From positions 1 through 64,000 of the forward strand of contig JAAOMT010000575.1 of assembly GCA_016748015.1 (NCBI GenBank): 64,000 nucleotides of DNA. Reading direction: 5' to 3'. The number at the start of each line of letters is the position of its first letter. Position 1 is the first letter of the stretch. Below the pieces are notes generated by a model that did not search any database, was not told where the DNA came from, and was given only the letters and a program-made list of their open reading frames with translations. The stretch comes from Geosiphon pyriformis uo1. Lineage: Eukaryota; Fungi; Glomeromycota. The position numbers and the translations under genes are program-made. Of this stretch, positions 13,962 to 27,646 are shown one piece after another.

Positions 13962-15705
13962 ATGGTATTTTTCACAAGCATCGAAGGCGTAAGCTGGACC
14001 ACACTTGGCTTCTTTCTATTCTTGATCTATGTAGCCGTCTTCTATTTTCGATATTTCACTCGGGAAAATCCAATTCCGGGACCACTCCCATTACCAATTG
14101 TCGGCAATTTATTATTTGCTACGGATCTGAGTAATTATTGTTTTAAGTTAGGCAAAAAATATGGTGATATATTCGAAATTTGGATGGGGAATGAGAGGTG
14201 GATTATTTTGGCTAGGGGTGATTTAGTAGAAAAAATTATGAATCCGTCAACAAAGTCGAGTTTTTTTAAGAGGGTGAGTAATGTAAATTTATTCTATTTG
14301 ACCTTTTTATTTCATGTAAATTAAACCAATACATAATGTTTAGATGGGGGCAAATGGTAATTTGGTCGAACTAGGCTTAAGCGCAAGTGGAATTTTATTT
14401 AATCATGACGCTCCAAGCTGGCGTCTTAATCGAAAGTTTCTTACACAAGCAGTAATGCTTCCACAATTTCAAGACGAATTAGTTTTGTTTGCACAAGATG
14501 TTTTCGCGGGTGCCGAAGATTATTTATTTTCTTTGAAGCCGAATGAAGAGCTAGATTTTTCAAAATGGGCAGTTGACTTTACGACTGATATCGCTTTTAA
14601 AATTACAACCGGGAAACCGTCTGGTACTTTAGGAAAAAATTTCAAAAAGGCTTCCTCCGAACTTGAACAGTCGACACCTTTTCCAAATGCTGAAGAGTTC
14701 GTTCAACGATTAGGAAGATGGCCTGCTGGATTAGTCTATATTCTTCTTATACCTTCTTGGTTACGACATTGCGTGCCTGGACTACGCCATTTCAATAACA
14801 AGATTTTGGAAAATACACATTGGTTAGAAAGAGAAGTTACGTCAATGATAAAAAATAAGAAGACCGAATTGGAAATGACGGGGAAAGAAGAGGCTGTGAG
14901 CTCGAATTTGTTGACGTTGTTGCTAATGGCAAATCATGCGGATAAAGTTGCTAAATTTGAAAACCCATCATTCTTAAGTGAAGTTGATATTCGAGAGATT
15001 ATTATCGAGGTAATGGTTGCTGGTATTGATACGGTATGTTACTTATCACTTAATAATTCATATTGACATTTAATAAAGGGATAGTACCTAATATGTTTTC
15101 TTCGAATCTTTGATTCTTAGACCGCACATTCAATCTGTTATATAATATATTATTTGTGCCATTACCCAGAAACTAAAGCTCTTTTTCTCGAAGAAATCGA
15201 AAAAGTCTTAGGATCCGATCCCGATCGTAAAGTGCAATACGACGATCTCGAGAAATTAGTCTACTGTGAAGCGATCATAAAAGAAGCTGCCCGATGTACC
15301 ACTCTTATCCCATTAGTGGGTCGTCACACCAGTGCCGAAGAAGAGATTGGCGGCTACAAGTGGAAAGAAGGAACATTCTTTTGGCTACATATGCATGGTA
15401 TTCACCAAAACTCAGCACAATGGAAAGATCCGAAGCGATTTGATCCAACGAGATTTTTAAAAGATGCTAATGGTGCAGAGGGGATTGAAAAATATAGCTT
15501 TTTACCTTTTGGTGGTGGAACGAGATTGTGTCCTGGTAGACATCTGGCCATGGCTCAGATGAAAGTTATGATGGTTTGTTTGTTTAGAAAATTCGAAATT
15601 CAACTCGTGGACATGGATGCGCCATTGAAAGTCACTTATGGTGGGATTAATGGATGCCGTGATTTTAGAATATTCGTTAGACCAAGGGCGATGTTGAAAA
15701 ATTGA
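13962..15705 (+). CDS. Cytochrome P450, 3 exons (13962-14273, 14344-15033, 15121-15705), 528 aa
   Basis: N-terminal TM anchor, PIPGPLPLPIVGN hinge, I-helix AGIDTT joined across intron 2, ExxR (EAAR), FDPTRF, heme motif FGGGTRLCPG. Both introns are phase-0 GT-AG. Confidence 0.93.
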
Positions 15706-15955
15706 AAGGATTAAATTTTTTTAAAAGAGGAAAATGCTATACATTTTAATTTGTAAAAACATTTTATATTTTTCAAAATTATTTTCGATTAACCATATTA
15801 TCAAACTATTTAATTTTCTAATTATGATTTAATAATTAATCTTTTATAAAAGACAAACAAAGAACAATGTCATTTATTTAGAATATCACTTGACAAATTT
15901 AATAAACCTAGTAGCCACGGTATTTATTCAATTTAGGAGGGGATCTTTTTTTAAT

Positions 15956-17056
15956 TTAAAAAACTTCATACTCCATGACAGAAAAATCTACCCGTTGCTT
16001 TTCTGATCCAGGCATTATAGAATGCTCATAATTTGTTGTCTTTTGACAATAGCACTCTGGACTATTTTTAAAATTCTTGCCACCTAATACAATACTACCA
16101 CCTCCAAATCATTGCTACCGAATACAATACCAATACCTCCAAAATCATATTTTAGATCACCATAAGGTCCATGTTCACCAACATATCTGCTAAGTTTAAT
16201 ATTTTTAGGTTCGCCATCAAGGGAAAAAATAAAACTTCCTTCTCCATCCAACCAACTACCTCTAGAGTACCACGATTGTGGGTTATAGCCACCTATTAGC
16301 TGACCAGTTCCTTTCACTTTGATTACGCTTACTGGTGCTCCTTTATTATCGCATAATCGATGAAAATCGGCTGGAGTGAATCCGTCTCGACTGCCTCGAA
16401 GTAACAAATTAAAATCATTTCCAAGTTGAGTTTCAAAAACAGCATTTCTGTTTTTGCCTTGAATCCAACGATCAAGGCGTTTTATATCTNNNNNNNNNNN
16501 NNNNNNNNNNNNNNNNNNNNNNNNNNNNNNNNNNNNNNNNNNNNNNNNNNNNNNNNNNNNNNNNNNNNNNNNNNNNNNNNNNNNNNNNNNNNNNNNNNNN
16601 NNNNNNNNNNNNNNNNNNNNNNNNNNNNNNNNNNNNNNNNNNNNNNNNNNNTCATCAGCGGTAACAAGCAATTCTAAAATGGTAGGCACTTCATGTTTAT
16701 CAAGAGAGATATCACCATTATAAATGTATCTGTGCAGGAAAATAAAACATTTGATTTAATTTTGGCTAAAATTCTTTAAAAGCAAATGAAACTCTTTACC
16801 TGAGAATTATGTCAAAATTATTAGGTGAAACATTAGGTTTAGCCAAGATAATGGTATTGATTTGCCTTTTAATCTAATTACTAGAGAGTGCTACAGCAAA
16901 ATATGGTGATTTTGCTGCTAAAATTTGCGAATGAGCATGAAAAGTTTTGATATTGGGCTCTTCGCCAACTATAATGTTAACATCAGAGAACTTCTGAGTG
17001 TTAAATAAATTCCAAAAATCATTGGATAAAGCGAGAAGGTGTTGTTGGAGTGACAT
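15956..17056 (-). pseudogene. BTB/POZ-BACK-TLDc protein pseudogene, copy 1 (spans N gap 16490-16651)
   Basis: BTB motif FSDVNIIVGEEPNIKTFHAHSQIL and TLDc motif LLRGSRDGFTPADFHRLCDNKG. In-frame TAG in exon 1 (SSN*IKRQ), 1-nt frameshift near 16107, TAA where copy 2 has CAA in the terminal YEVFQ motif. Confidence 0.85.
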
Positions 17057-18623
17057 TGGTAAGATATAAGAAGTTTTTGAAATATTTACAGGTCAATCTG
17101 TGGCCTTTAGGGAAAGACATTTTTCACTGAATTTTATACTAGTTGACAAAATAATATTGATTTGAATAATAATAAAAGCTATAATAGTGACTCGACATGT
17201 TTTACTCCGAAATTATATCCTAAATATGGAAGGATTTTGGTGTAAGAAGGGTGTTTACTGCTTGATAATAATAAAAATTGTAATAAAAATTATAATAACA
17301 TATGAGGAGTACCTGCTATTAAAATTTTGTTAAGACAATAATCATTATTATATCATGATGATATTTCTATGACAAATTAAGAGCGTGAAATTTTCTTCAC
17401 ATTACATATTAGATTATCAACATTTCGGTTCGTGTATTTTCTCAACTTAAAGAGAAAAAATAAAAACTGGTCTAAACTACTAAATTTTTTTAAATAAATT
17501 TAAAAATATAAAAGTATGTATGAGAAACAAAAAAAGCTTATATTTGGGAGGAGATCAAGAAGATATTTTACTTTCCTATTATAATCAATTAATTTTTCAA
17601 AGAAAATTGCGTTTACAAATAACTTTTATTCAACTAGTCTAATCTTTAAAGAAGTCAACGCTCCTATCAGAAATGGAAAATATGATAACCATTTTCATAA
17701 ATAAAAAAATATCAATGGAAATGAAAACACGAAAATTAGTCTCAATATTATCACATAAATTCGATGCAAATCCTTAATTTTAACTCAGTATATTAGGTGA
17801 TTGATAGATTGTGTGGTCACTGAATACCAGTAACAATAACCAAACAGACTTCATTTTTTAAAATTGAAAATTGAGTAGGAAAACTAATTTTTGTACAAAA
17901 AATAAGGTAAAAAAGACTTGAATTTTAAGAAAAATTACAACAAAAAGAGGAATGAACAAGGAAAAAGGAAGAAAAAATATAAAAGAAATTTAGTAATACA
18001 ATTTGTATATAAAAAAGACAAAGCTGTCAAAATAATCTAGCAAAACATGAAACAAGTTAAGTCCAAGGTGTTAAAATTTACAAATTTACAAATGTGAAAT
18101 TTGTTATTTATATATATTTTGAGTCTGCTGTATATATAATTGACACATAAGAAAAGTTGAAAGCTGAAAAAGAGTATTTGTGACAAATTGGGCATCGAAG
18201 AGTTTGAAAAACTTTTTTGTTGCAAACTTGAAATGATATGAGAGGAAAAATGAAAAATGATAATGATGTTAACCTCAAGGTATCATTTAGCTTTGATCTA
18301 ATGCTTTTTTTGACTTGGGTTCAAAATCTTGTCAAAATGATAAAACTTTAGAAGCCTCGTGTCATTTTCTTCTAGGTCGATCGAGTTTGTGAGGATTGAG
18401 GATATTACTTGTACTAACTAGTTTTGTGAATTCTACCATTAATAATTGGATATATTATGAAACTTATCAATTTACCCTATCAAGGGGTGGTGTAACGAAA
18501 AATGTCTTTCATGTAAATATTTTTTGCGTCTTTGTAAATTGATATCCTCTTTCCTTAAGTCATCATGAATTCTCATAACTGAACTTGCATCCAAATATTT
18601 CCGATCCAAATAAAATTTTTATT

Positions 18624-20195
18624 TCACCAATTACATGTGAAAGTGTTCGTCTGATTTATTTCCGTGCTCAATTTGGCATACCTTGGAATATTAGTTGTAT
18701 CAACAGTAGCAGCAGAAAGAGCAGAATTGGACCGAGTCACTCGCCCTCTATTCTTCATCCCTTTTTGGTATTTCTCTCGAAAATCAGTGTTTTCACTGAC
18801 CAATTGTTCATTCTCTTTCAATAGATTTCTTTTCTGTTCCTTTATGATTTCGTTTTCTTGTTCCAGTTTCGTAATTTGTTTTTTTAATTGATTATTTCGT
18901 TTTTTACTGTCTTGTAATTGAGCGTTCAATTGGCCAGTGACTATTTCGGTTCGTTCATGAGCTTTTAATATCTCCTGTCGTAAGGCCTCACGATCAAATT
19001 TGAAAGAATTGTTTTCACGTTTCAGCTGCATATTTGTCTCATTTACACGTGAAAAATCTTCTTTATATTTATTTGAATCGGTGATGAGTTTCTCACATTG
19101 TTCGATTACCTGTTTACCCGTCATCTGAAGTTCTGTTATATGGTCTGAGAGTATTTTAACTTGTTCTTTGGCGGTTTCCCTTTCTTGTTCTAAGGTGGCA
19201 ATAGTGGCAGTGGGAATGGTAATAGTGTTGTTGGTGTTGACGTTGATGATTTCTTTTGAATTTTCGGTGTGAACTTGATTAGATATTTTGCTTTCGGATT
19301 GTGATTTGTGATTTGATTTTAGCGCATCGATCTCCATATTTACATTGTTTAGCTCATCATGCAACGCTTCCCGTTCATGCTGATAGGTATTATTTTCCCG
19401 TTTTAAATTAATTGAATCAGTGATCAATGCCTCATTCGTATTCGACAATCGTAGCAATTCCGTTTGTAAATTTCCATATTCTGATTCCAGTTTGCCAAAT
19501 TCAAGATTCAGCAGATCACGTGTTTCAACCATTTGTTGATTTTCTCGAGTCAATTGTTCAATTTGTTCATGACAATTCTTGTTATCCTTTTCCAAAACTT
19601 TTCGTTCTTCCAATAATTTCTCTAGTTCGTATTTCAAAGTTTGCGCCTCTTTTTCAATTGAATCTAAACGGATTTGAATTTCATTTTCTTTATGACGAGA
19701 TTCCTTCAATTCTTTCTCTAATTTATCGTTTTGTGATTTTAGAATTTCACTCAGCTCAGGATCTTCGATTGATACCTCTTGAATCGTATCAAATTTTGGT
19801 TTATGCGATAATTTATTTAGTTTTCTAGAAATAATTTCATTTTCTTCTCGTAATCGATTAATTTCTGATTCTAATGTTTTATTATCTGATGTGAGTTGAT
19901 TGTTCTGAGTTAAGAATATTTGTGTTTGAGATTGAAGAGTTTCGTTCTGTGAGGTAGAAGTACCATTTTTCTTTAAGAACTCGTTTTCGTTTGTAGACTT
20001 GAGCAACAATGCTCGAAAACCATGGGATTCTTCGTCGTCTGGTGAAGATTTATTTGAGGGCAAAGGGGAACCTAAAGTCGGGGGTACGACTTGAGAAGGT
20101 GATTTTTCATGAAGGTTCCTTGCCCTTGAAGTTGAAGACAGAGTGGTAGGAGAATTGCATTTAAATAGTTTTCTGAACACGAATTTCTTTGGCAT
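18624..20195 (-). CDS. Coiled-coil protein (523 aa), paralog 2; may have a short extra 3' exon near 18473-18578
   Basis: Uninterrupted ORF. LEKDNKNCHEQIEQLTRENQQM...TNEALITDSINLKRENNTYQ aligns without gaps to paralog 1 IEKENKETRQQVEQLNSRNQQL...TNRKLTSETKTLKRQSGTFN. Confidence 0.85.
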   Translation of the reverse strand: MPKKFVFRKLFKCNSPTTLSSTSRARNLHEKSPSQVVPPTLGSPLPSNKSSPDDEESHGFRALLLKSTNENEFLKKNGTSTSQNETLQSQTQIFLTQNNQLTSDNKTLESEINRLREENEIISRKLNKLSHKPKFDTIQEVSIEDPELSEILKSQNDKLEKELKESRHKENEIQIRLDSIEKEAQTLKYELEKLLEERKVLEKDNKNCHEQIEQLTRENQQMVETRDLLNLEFGKLESEYGNLQTELLRLSNTNEALITDSINLKRENNTYQHEREALHDELNNVNMEIDALKSNHKSQSESKISNQVHTENSKEIINVNTNNTITIPTATIATLEQERETAKEQVKILSDHITELQMTGKQVIEQCEKLITDSNKYKEDFSRVNETNMQLKRENNSFKFDREALRQEILKAHERTEIVTGQLNAQLQDSKKRNNQLKKQITKLEQENEIIKEQKRNLLKENEQLVSENTDFREKYQKGMKNRGRVTRSNSALSAATVDTTNIPRYAKLSTEINQTNTFTCNW

Positions 20196-20689
20196 GTTTA
20201 TAATTGATTTATAATGTTTTCAGAGATAAATGAAATCTAAAAATTGAAATAATTGGTGCTCTCTTTTGATTCACAAATCTTTATTTTATGAAACACGTTC
20301 AAAATTTCTAGAAAAATATAGGAATCAATTTTCGAACCTACGAACAATTAAACGCGTTCTGAAAGGGGGGGGGGGTTTTTTTTTAATTTAGACGAGAAAT
20401 GTAAAAGATTCAAAATGTAACTGAGCCCGGTTTTCTATTTTGTACAAAAAATTTAACAATCACCTTTGCAATCTCTTATATCTTTTAAATACCAGATAAG
20501 TTTCCTTATTAAAGGATATCCGTTGTCTAACCAATTTCCAATAATATTATGCCTACTTAATAGTTCAGATATTAGCTTGGTACCTATATCCCCTTTTAAT
20601 CTATCACTCTCATAATATTTTTAATTATTTTTGTTTATATTTAGTCAATCTATTCTGGCTAAAAGAACGAGGTACGGCAAGGTAACAAG

Positions 20690-20731
<42 letters not shown>

Positions 20732-22870
20732 ATTATTATTATTATTATAATTGATTTCTGATAAGTAGCCTAACACGAGAACTATAACAAGACGCAGGAG
20801 GAAGCAATTGACATGCGCTTTTGCATTTGAATTTCTGCATGCCCATGCCCTCGTCATACACACAAATCAATTTACCCGGATGCTTTTAATTGCCCTCCGT
20901 TCGAAAAACCAAACAAAGAAACAGATAATGATATTAAATAAGATTAGTCGATGATACAAAATAAAATTTTTGATGAGCATTAAAAAAAATCCCTTTGTTT
21001 TAATTCTGAAATGGAGTAAGAATTTTCAAAGCAAAAGCAAAAAAGGAAAAGTTTTATTTTTGTTTTTACCAAATATCCTCATTCAGTGATTTTGGGTTCG
21101 ATACTTTTTTCATATGATTCATATTAGTTTAAATTAATTTATTGATTGAAAAGTCACAAGCAGTCTGAAATTACTCATATTGGGCTACCACAAGTTATCA
21201 TGTTTCGTTTCGTACAAATTTTTTCGGTAGAGATTTTAATAAAGATAGTATACCTCAACTCGTTTTTACATTATTAAAATGTAACAACAAAATTTGCCGG
21301 ATTTTTCGTTCCATGTCTGATAATGTGTTGATGCTGTAAAGTCTAGCTAATTATTATATCACATTTTACTGGTGGAACAAATAATAGGATATCGTAAACA
21401 ACAACGCCTTTTCTCAAAATAAAAGGAATATATTTATAATCAGTCCCAATTAAAATTTCATTTCATCATTGTTTCCTCTATTATTTCATAAAAATTGGTT
21501 AATTACCGAATATTGGGGATTGACACAATGAAAAAAAAAATTTCGTATTTTCGAAAACCAAATATAGAAATATTCGTTCTTTTCTAAAAAATTTAAATAA
21601 ACAATATTTAAAAACTGAGAAATAAATTGGCTTCATGTACACTCTGATCTTTGCCTATTGAAAACAATCTATTTGTTTTTTTATTTTGTCTTCTTTCCTT
21701 AAACTTGACATCATAGATAATAAATTTACGTTAACAATTGTTCAAATTGTTGTCTATCATATCGATTTTTTTTTTAAAATCTCATTCCCATTGGGAAATT
21801 AGACTTTCCGATTTCTTACCTCTTGTGAACATGTGTTTTAAAGGATATTTATTAAAAGGCAAAAAATAAAAGTCACGAAATCTTGAGAAAGAAATTTTTT
21901 TTTTGCCGCTAATTAGCTTCGAAAGAAAAATATATTGATAGTTGTAAAAATTTTCCCAGTGATAATTCTGAAATCAGGAAAGCCAAGTATTTTTCTCTGG
22001 GAATTTTCTCCCATGTCCAATGATACAATTATGAATATGCATTAAAATCTTAATTTGAAAGGAGAGTTGGACCTATTTGGGTTACCTGACTTAACAGAAA
22101 CAGTTTGTTAAAATATGAAACCCTGACAGGTCTCAAGTGGGGGCAGAAAAAGTTCAAGATTTAATTTGATGGATTTTTTAGCAATCAAATTAATCATGAA
22201 TTGTCATATGTTACTCTTATAAGGTTTTAACTATGTGATTCAATAAAAATTTTTTTTTGCCAATAAATGTTTTGCAGCATATTTTATTCATCTGAAACGG
22301 TGTTGCCGTCTAAATTAATTTAAAACATAATTTGAGAATATATCATTCAAATAAAGTTTTCTGTACATTACCCATGCCGTGCACAGATTTTCGTGTTACC
22401 ACCCCCTTCTATGACTATTTTCACATGTTTCTTGATATCATCTCTAATTAAGTTATTTGGGAACAAATTTTTAAAGCTGCATATCAATTACGTATGTGTT
22501 TGACCTTCCGAATTCGCCTCCATAATAGTTGATTTAAAAATTGGGATTTTAAAAAAGATAAATTTGCGAAAAAAAATTTCTCAAAAATAAATTATGCAAA
22601 CGTTTTTAATAGTTTATTTTTTAATTTGGATTTCCTTTTTGGTTTTAAGTCAAAAAATAACCATTGTTATTTTTGGAAATATAAAAATAAAAATCCTGAT
22701 AATTTTTTATTGTTTGAAGAGCGAAATCAAAAATTTGTCAATTTTTTATATAAAAAGAAATAAGATTTAAAAATTTCGCCCATAATTGCATCCATTAATT
22801 ACAATTTAAAACTTTTAATTTTAAAAATTATTCTTGAAATAATAATCATAATGATAATCATCATAATAAA

Positions 22871-22903
<33 letters not shown>

Positions 22904-25150
22904 TATAATAAACTTGATTAAAGTAAATTATTAAACACAATTTATGTTACATCTCAAATTTAATAATTTAAACCATAATCTAATTATATAAATTATTTAT
23001 TATGTATAATTTCTAACTTTAATAATTTTCTTAATAAAAAAATCACTATTTTTTTTACTTTTTAAAATAAAAATTTAATAAAGTAAATTATACATAATTT
23101 TAATTAAAAAGTAGAATCTTAATTAACTATCAACATTATTAATAAAAAAAATAATTATAACAATTGCAACAGATATAATAATTGTAGTATTTACGATATT
23201 ATTGTTACTTTTTAAACTAAAAAATAAATCTGCTTTTTTTAGTTAAACTTTTTTCTCTATTAGATAATATGACTAATTCTTAAATTTATGAATCTTGAAA
23301 TTATTTTGTATAAGTAAGAAAAGAAAATTTTAATTAATTGTGTTTTATTTTTAAAGACTTTATCTGATTTTATGAGTGTCTTTTAAAATGTTTAAAATAT
23401 TCAAGTTTTATTGTCAATTACAAATCTAGCCTATTTGAATAATATAATTTTTCTAATTGAAATATTCCTTTAGAAAATTTTAACAATTTTTTTTCAAGAT
23501 TTTGAATCAAAATTTCTTTAATGACTGCAAAAAATTAAAGTTATTAACAGTTAATTTATGAAAAATTTGAATATATTGGGTAATAAGTTATTTGGATTTA
23601 ATAAGTAAAAAAAAACTAAAAAATTACTGAAATAACTTGAATGCAATTAATTATGCTGCTAATATTAGAAAGAATACTCTGCTCGAGGAGTTTTGCTTAC
23701 TCTTTTTCCATCAGCCCAATCAAAAATGCTTTTTTTCTGTGCCACTATTCCTTTTACTTTTTCGCTGTGTTATACTTTGAAATTGACCCAAATATTCTAC
23801 GATAAAAGGTGTTTTTGGATTCTTATCCTACTGAAATACCACATTTCCTGGTCACATTTTTATAAAAGTTGGTTGTTTAGTATCTCACAATATTTATGAC
23901 AATTCAAATTCTCATTAAAACCAATTTTCCAAATTTATAGCTTAAAGGGATTATGTGAAGAATGGCAATTTAGCCCAACCTTAAAAGCTCGTTCCGGACT
24001 TTTCGTTTGCCGACTTCCAAACTGTAATCTGATTTTGGCCGCAGTAGCGAAATAATTTCTGTACACGATTTTTACATTTGCGGCGATGAATCACAGTATA
24101 ATTTTAAGTGGTAGCACGCATTGGGTAAATAATAATTTGGGTGACATTAGGCACATACAAAGATAACATTTATTCGTCGACCTTTTTTTGGCATATAAAA
24201 AAAAAATTAATTTTGGGATTAAATAAATCCAGTAAATATTAATAAACTCAAATATTTACTTTGGATAAAAAAATTTTCTTGTGAATATTCCTTTTTAAAT
24301 CGGCGAAAAAGATTTATGTAACATATTTAAATAGTAAATTCATTAAATTTTCATAAAATTCAGGCTTTCTATTCAATAAAAACTGTCTAAAATTTATACT
24401 CAATCTTTGAAATTTTATTTAGAAATTTCTAATAATTTGGATTTTGATCGAAATTCTCGAAAAATAAAGTTTTACCTCTCAAACAACCCAATAATTCTAA
24501 TTTTAGTTTGATTTATAGCTTAATATTTTATTTTCAAATGAAATTTTAGATTTACAGAGCATTTTGTAATATAATCATTTTTAGGATTATAAAGATAGTA
24601 ACTTTAAAATTTATCTATTTTATTCCATTATTTCAATTGATTCTAAAAGAGCAGTTATATCTTTAAATAGCAATGTTATTACTTACGTTGTTTTATAACG
24701 TAAAAATCAATCGATTCTATTTAAAATTTGCCACTAATTTTCTTGACGGATTTTATTAATAACTACATAATGGGCATAAATTAAATGCAAAATATTTTGA
24801 TCGGTCTGGTCAGGATTTAAATTCATTTTCCATTAATTTTTCAAACGTAAAAATGATATCGAATTTCATTGTGTTTTATCGAAACACTTGATTTTATAGT
24901 TCATGAAAAGGTATCATTAACGACATCAAATGAATTAAAAACACGATTACAATAAGGAAACACTAAGAATATTACATGCATATAATAGTAAATTCAATGA
25001 ATTTACAATGATAATTATATCAAAAACAGGATATATTGTACTATTTGCAGTTATTATATAAACCCAGCTAATTTGACTTTAGACTTTTAATCCGAAAAAA
25101 CTCTTTTACTATAAAAGACAAGATAAAATTTAATAAAGAAAAATTAACAA

Positions 25151-26083
25151 ATGGAACGACCATTAGGCACCTCACCTCTTTCTACACCTCGTATGTCGCA
25201 CTGTTGCTGTTGCATCAGACTGAAACCAGCTGTGGTGATTATTACTTTATTAACAATGGTATATTTATAACTTTATAACAACTTTTTTTATAATTTCCTT
25301 AGCTTTATTTCCAATATTAATTATTATAAAATAATAAATATTATATTGAATCTTATTAGGTTAATAGTCTTTTTAATGCAATTACAGGAATTATGACTTT
25401 TACTGAAGATGAATCATTAGGAAGATGTAAGAATTTATTATATTTTTTTTTGTTAAGATCTTTTTATTATTTTATACTTTTTCAATAAAAATTATTTTTA
25501 CTTTTTTAGTTGATAAACTTTACTCGAATTTCTCTCTAATTGCTAGTATTATTAACCTTATAATCACTCTTGGATCAATATATGGTTTATTCGTTATCAC
25601 TTTTGCGGTATTTTAATAAATATTTCACACTACTAAAAATAATTATTTAAATATTTTATTTATCTCATCCTCAACTTTCTAACCTTTAAATCTCTTGTAT
25701 AGAATATCTACCGTCTTCTCCGCCCATATGTTATATTTACTTACCTAAGTATTGTATTACAATTCACCCTCGGAACCTTGAAAATAATCTTTTGTAGCAG
25801 TTTATCCGATAATAAGTATCATTGCACAATTTATTACCATCAACTGCTACCATTTTATATTGTTTCATTTGTTTTAGAAATATTATTACTGGTGAGTAAA
25901 TATTTTAAATTAAGAGTATTTAAAAGAAATTCGTTAAAAATAATTTTAACATATATTTTTCATCCTTAGATTTATTTCTCTTTGGTTATTGCTGCGTATG
26001 CTACTCATCGTCGCGAAAAAGAAGAGCGAAACATAGAATCTAGAGAAAATAATGGGAATTTGGCATTTAACAATAATGGATGA
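25151..26083 (+). CDS. Four-transmembrane protein with N-terminal CCCC motif; 5 exons (25151-25258, 25360-25426, 25510-25607, 25703-25891, 25970-26083), 191 aa
   Basis: Manual splicing at GT-AG sites gives an open frame: MERPLGTSPLSTPRMSHCCCCIRLKPAVVIITLLTM-VNSLFNAITG...-FDKLYSNFSLIASIINLIITLGSIYGLFVITFA-NIYRLLRPYVIF...VLEILLL-IYFSLVIAAYATHRREKEER...NNG*. A second copy at 11.8 kb supports the exon structure. Confidence 0.85.
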
Positions 26084-26095
26084 AATCCATACTCC

Positions 26096-26097
26096 TC

Positions 26098-26182
<85 letters not shown>
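26096..26182. repeat. (AAT)n microsatellite
   Basis: Uninterrupted trinucleotide run directly after the four-TM gene stop. Shorter runs occur near 6640, 20690, 22870 and 59115. Confidence 0.9.
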
Positions 26183-26184
<2 letters not shown>

Positions 26185-27646
26185 TTGATATTGATTCTTT
26201 ATAATGATGTTTTTAGCTGTAAAAAAGCTATATATATATTATTTTTTTGGTTAATGAGATTTAAAAAATGGTTAGTTTGATTCATCTACTCGATTTCTGA
26301 GGGCTTTTAACTTTAAATTATTTCCTTATCAAAAATATTTATGCATATACATATTTTTAAAGTGAGCCTTTTAGTCAATTTGTTTTGTTTTTAGCATTAG
26401 AGATGTCGATGCATGAATATTAAATAATTATTATGCTTATATTGAAAGCGTCACCACAAAGAATTTTCAAATTAATTTTAACTTATCACGTTGCGGTTTT
26501 ACTTAGAGGGCATGGTAAATTTTTACCAGATTATAAAAACCTGAAACATTTTAATTTACAAGGTTAATCATTTTTTTGTTCATGCTTCATAATAGTGAAT
26601 TAATTATTTACTAAGATGAGCATGTTTAAATTTTTGTCATTTGATATTTCAAATGTAAAAATCCATGATTAAAGTAAAAGTGTTTGTTCCCATCTTATTA
26701 AAAGTTGATAAACCATTTTTTGTCTAATACGTTTGAAATAGTAAAATATGGTTTCAGTTTTTTGTGAGTTCTGAAAATGATCGCGTCAGGTCTCTTCTGA
26801 TTTTAAAAATAATTTACTTTATACTTTGTCGGCTCTTGATTTGATTTTCAATTTTTTTGGCCCCCAGACAATAACCTTTTCAAGAACAAAGGTATCGAAT
26901 TTTTTATATTTCTATTTTAGCGAAATCTTAAGTTTGACCACAAATTTTTAAAAACTTCATGATTTGGCAAATTAGCTTTTGAATTTTCAAGATAGATATT
27001 CGATTTATATTTTCCCTCACATTTCATCAAAGAAAATAATTTTTGTCCCAATTATAAATAGTTTTATTTTTATTATTTTTCCTTCATCTTTCCAAAATAC
27101 AGAAACAATTTAAAAAAAATTCGTCTTTTACAAAGCTTTTATGTTTCTCATCCTTCTATTAGTGAGAAAAAATTTTCTCAATGCAATAAATTTAGTAACT
27201 TAGACTAGTTTTTCTTTTTTCCTTTTAAGTTGAAATGTTTTTTTTCGTCAGAAAATACACGAACCGAAATATTGAAAATCTAATATGTAATGTGAAGAAA
27301 ATTTCACGCTCTTAATTTGTCATAGAAATATCATCATGATATAATAATCATTATTGTCTTAACGAAATTTTAATAGCAGGTACTCCTCATATGTTATTAT
27401 AATTTTTATTACAATTTTTATTATTATCAAGCAGTAAACACCCTTCTTACACCAAAACCCTTCCATATTTAGGATATGATTTCGGAGTAAAACATGTCGA
27501 GTCACTATTGTAGCTTTTATTATTATTCAAATCAATATTATTTTTTCAACTAGTATAAAATTCAGTGCTGATTTTGTGAAAAATTTCTTTCCCTAAAGAC
27601 CACAGATTGACCTGTAAATATTTCAAAAACTTCTTATATCTTACCA

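Noticed and set aside
26080-26280. Poly-Ile ORF (likewise the poly-Asn ORF at 20645-20863)
   Set aside because: Translations of (AAT)n microsatellites.
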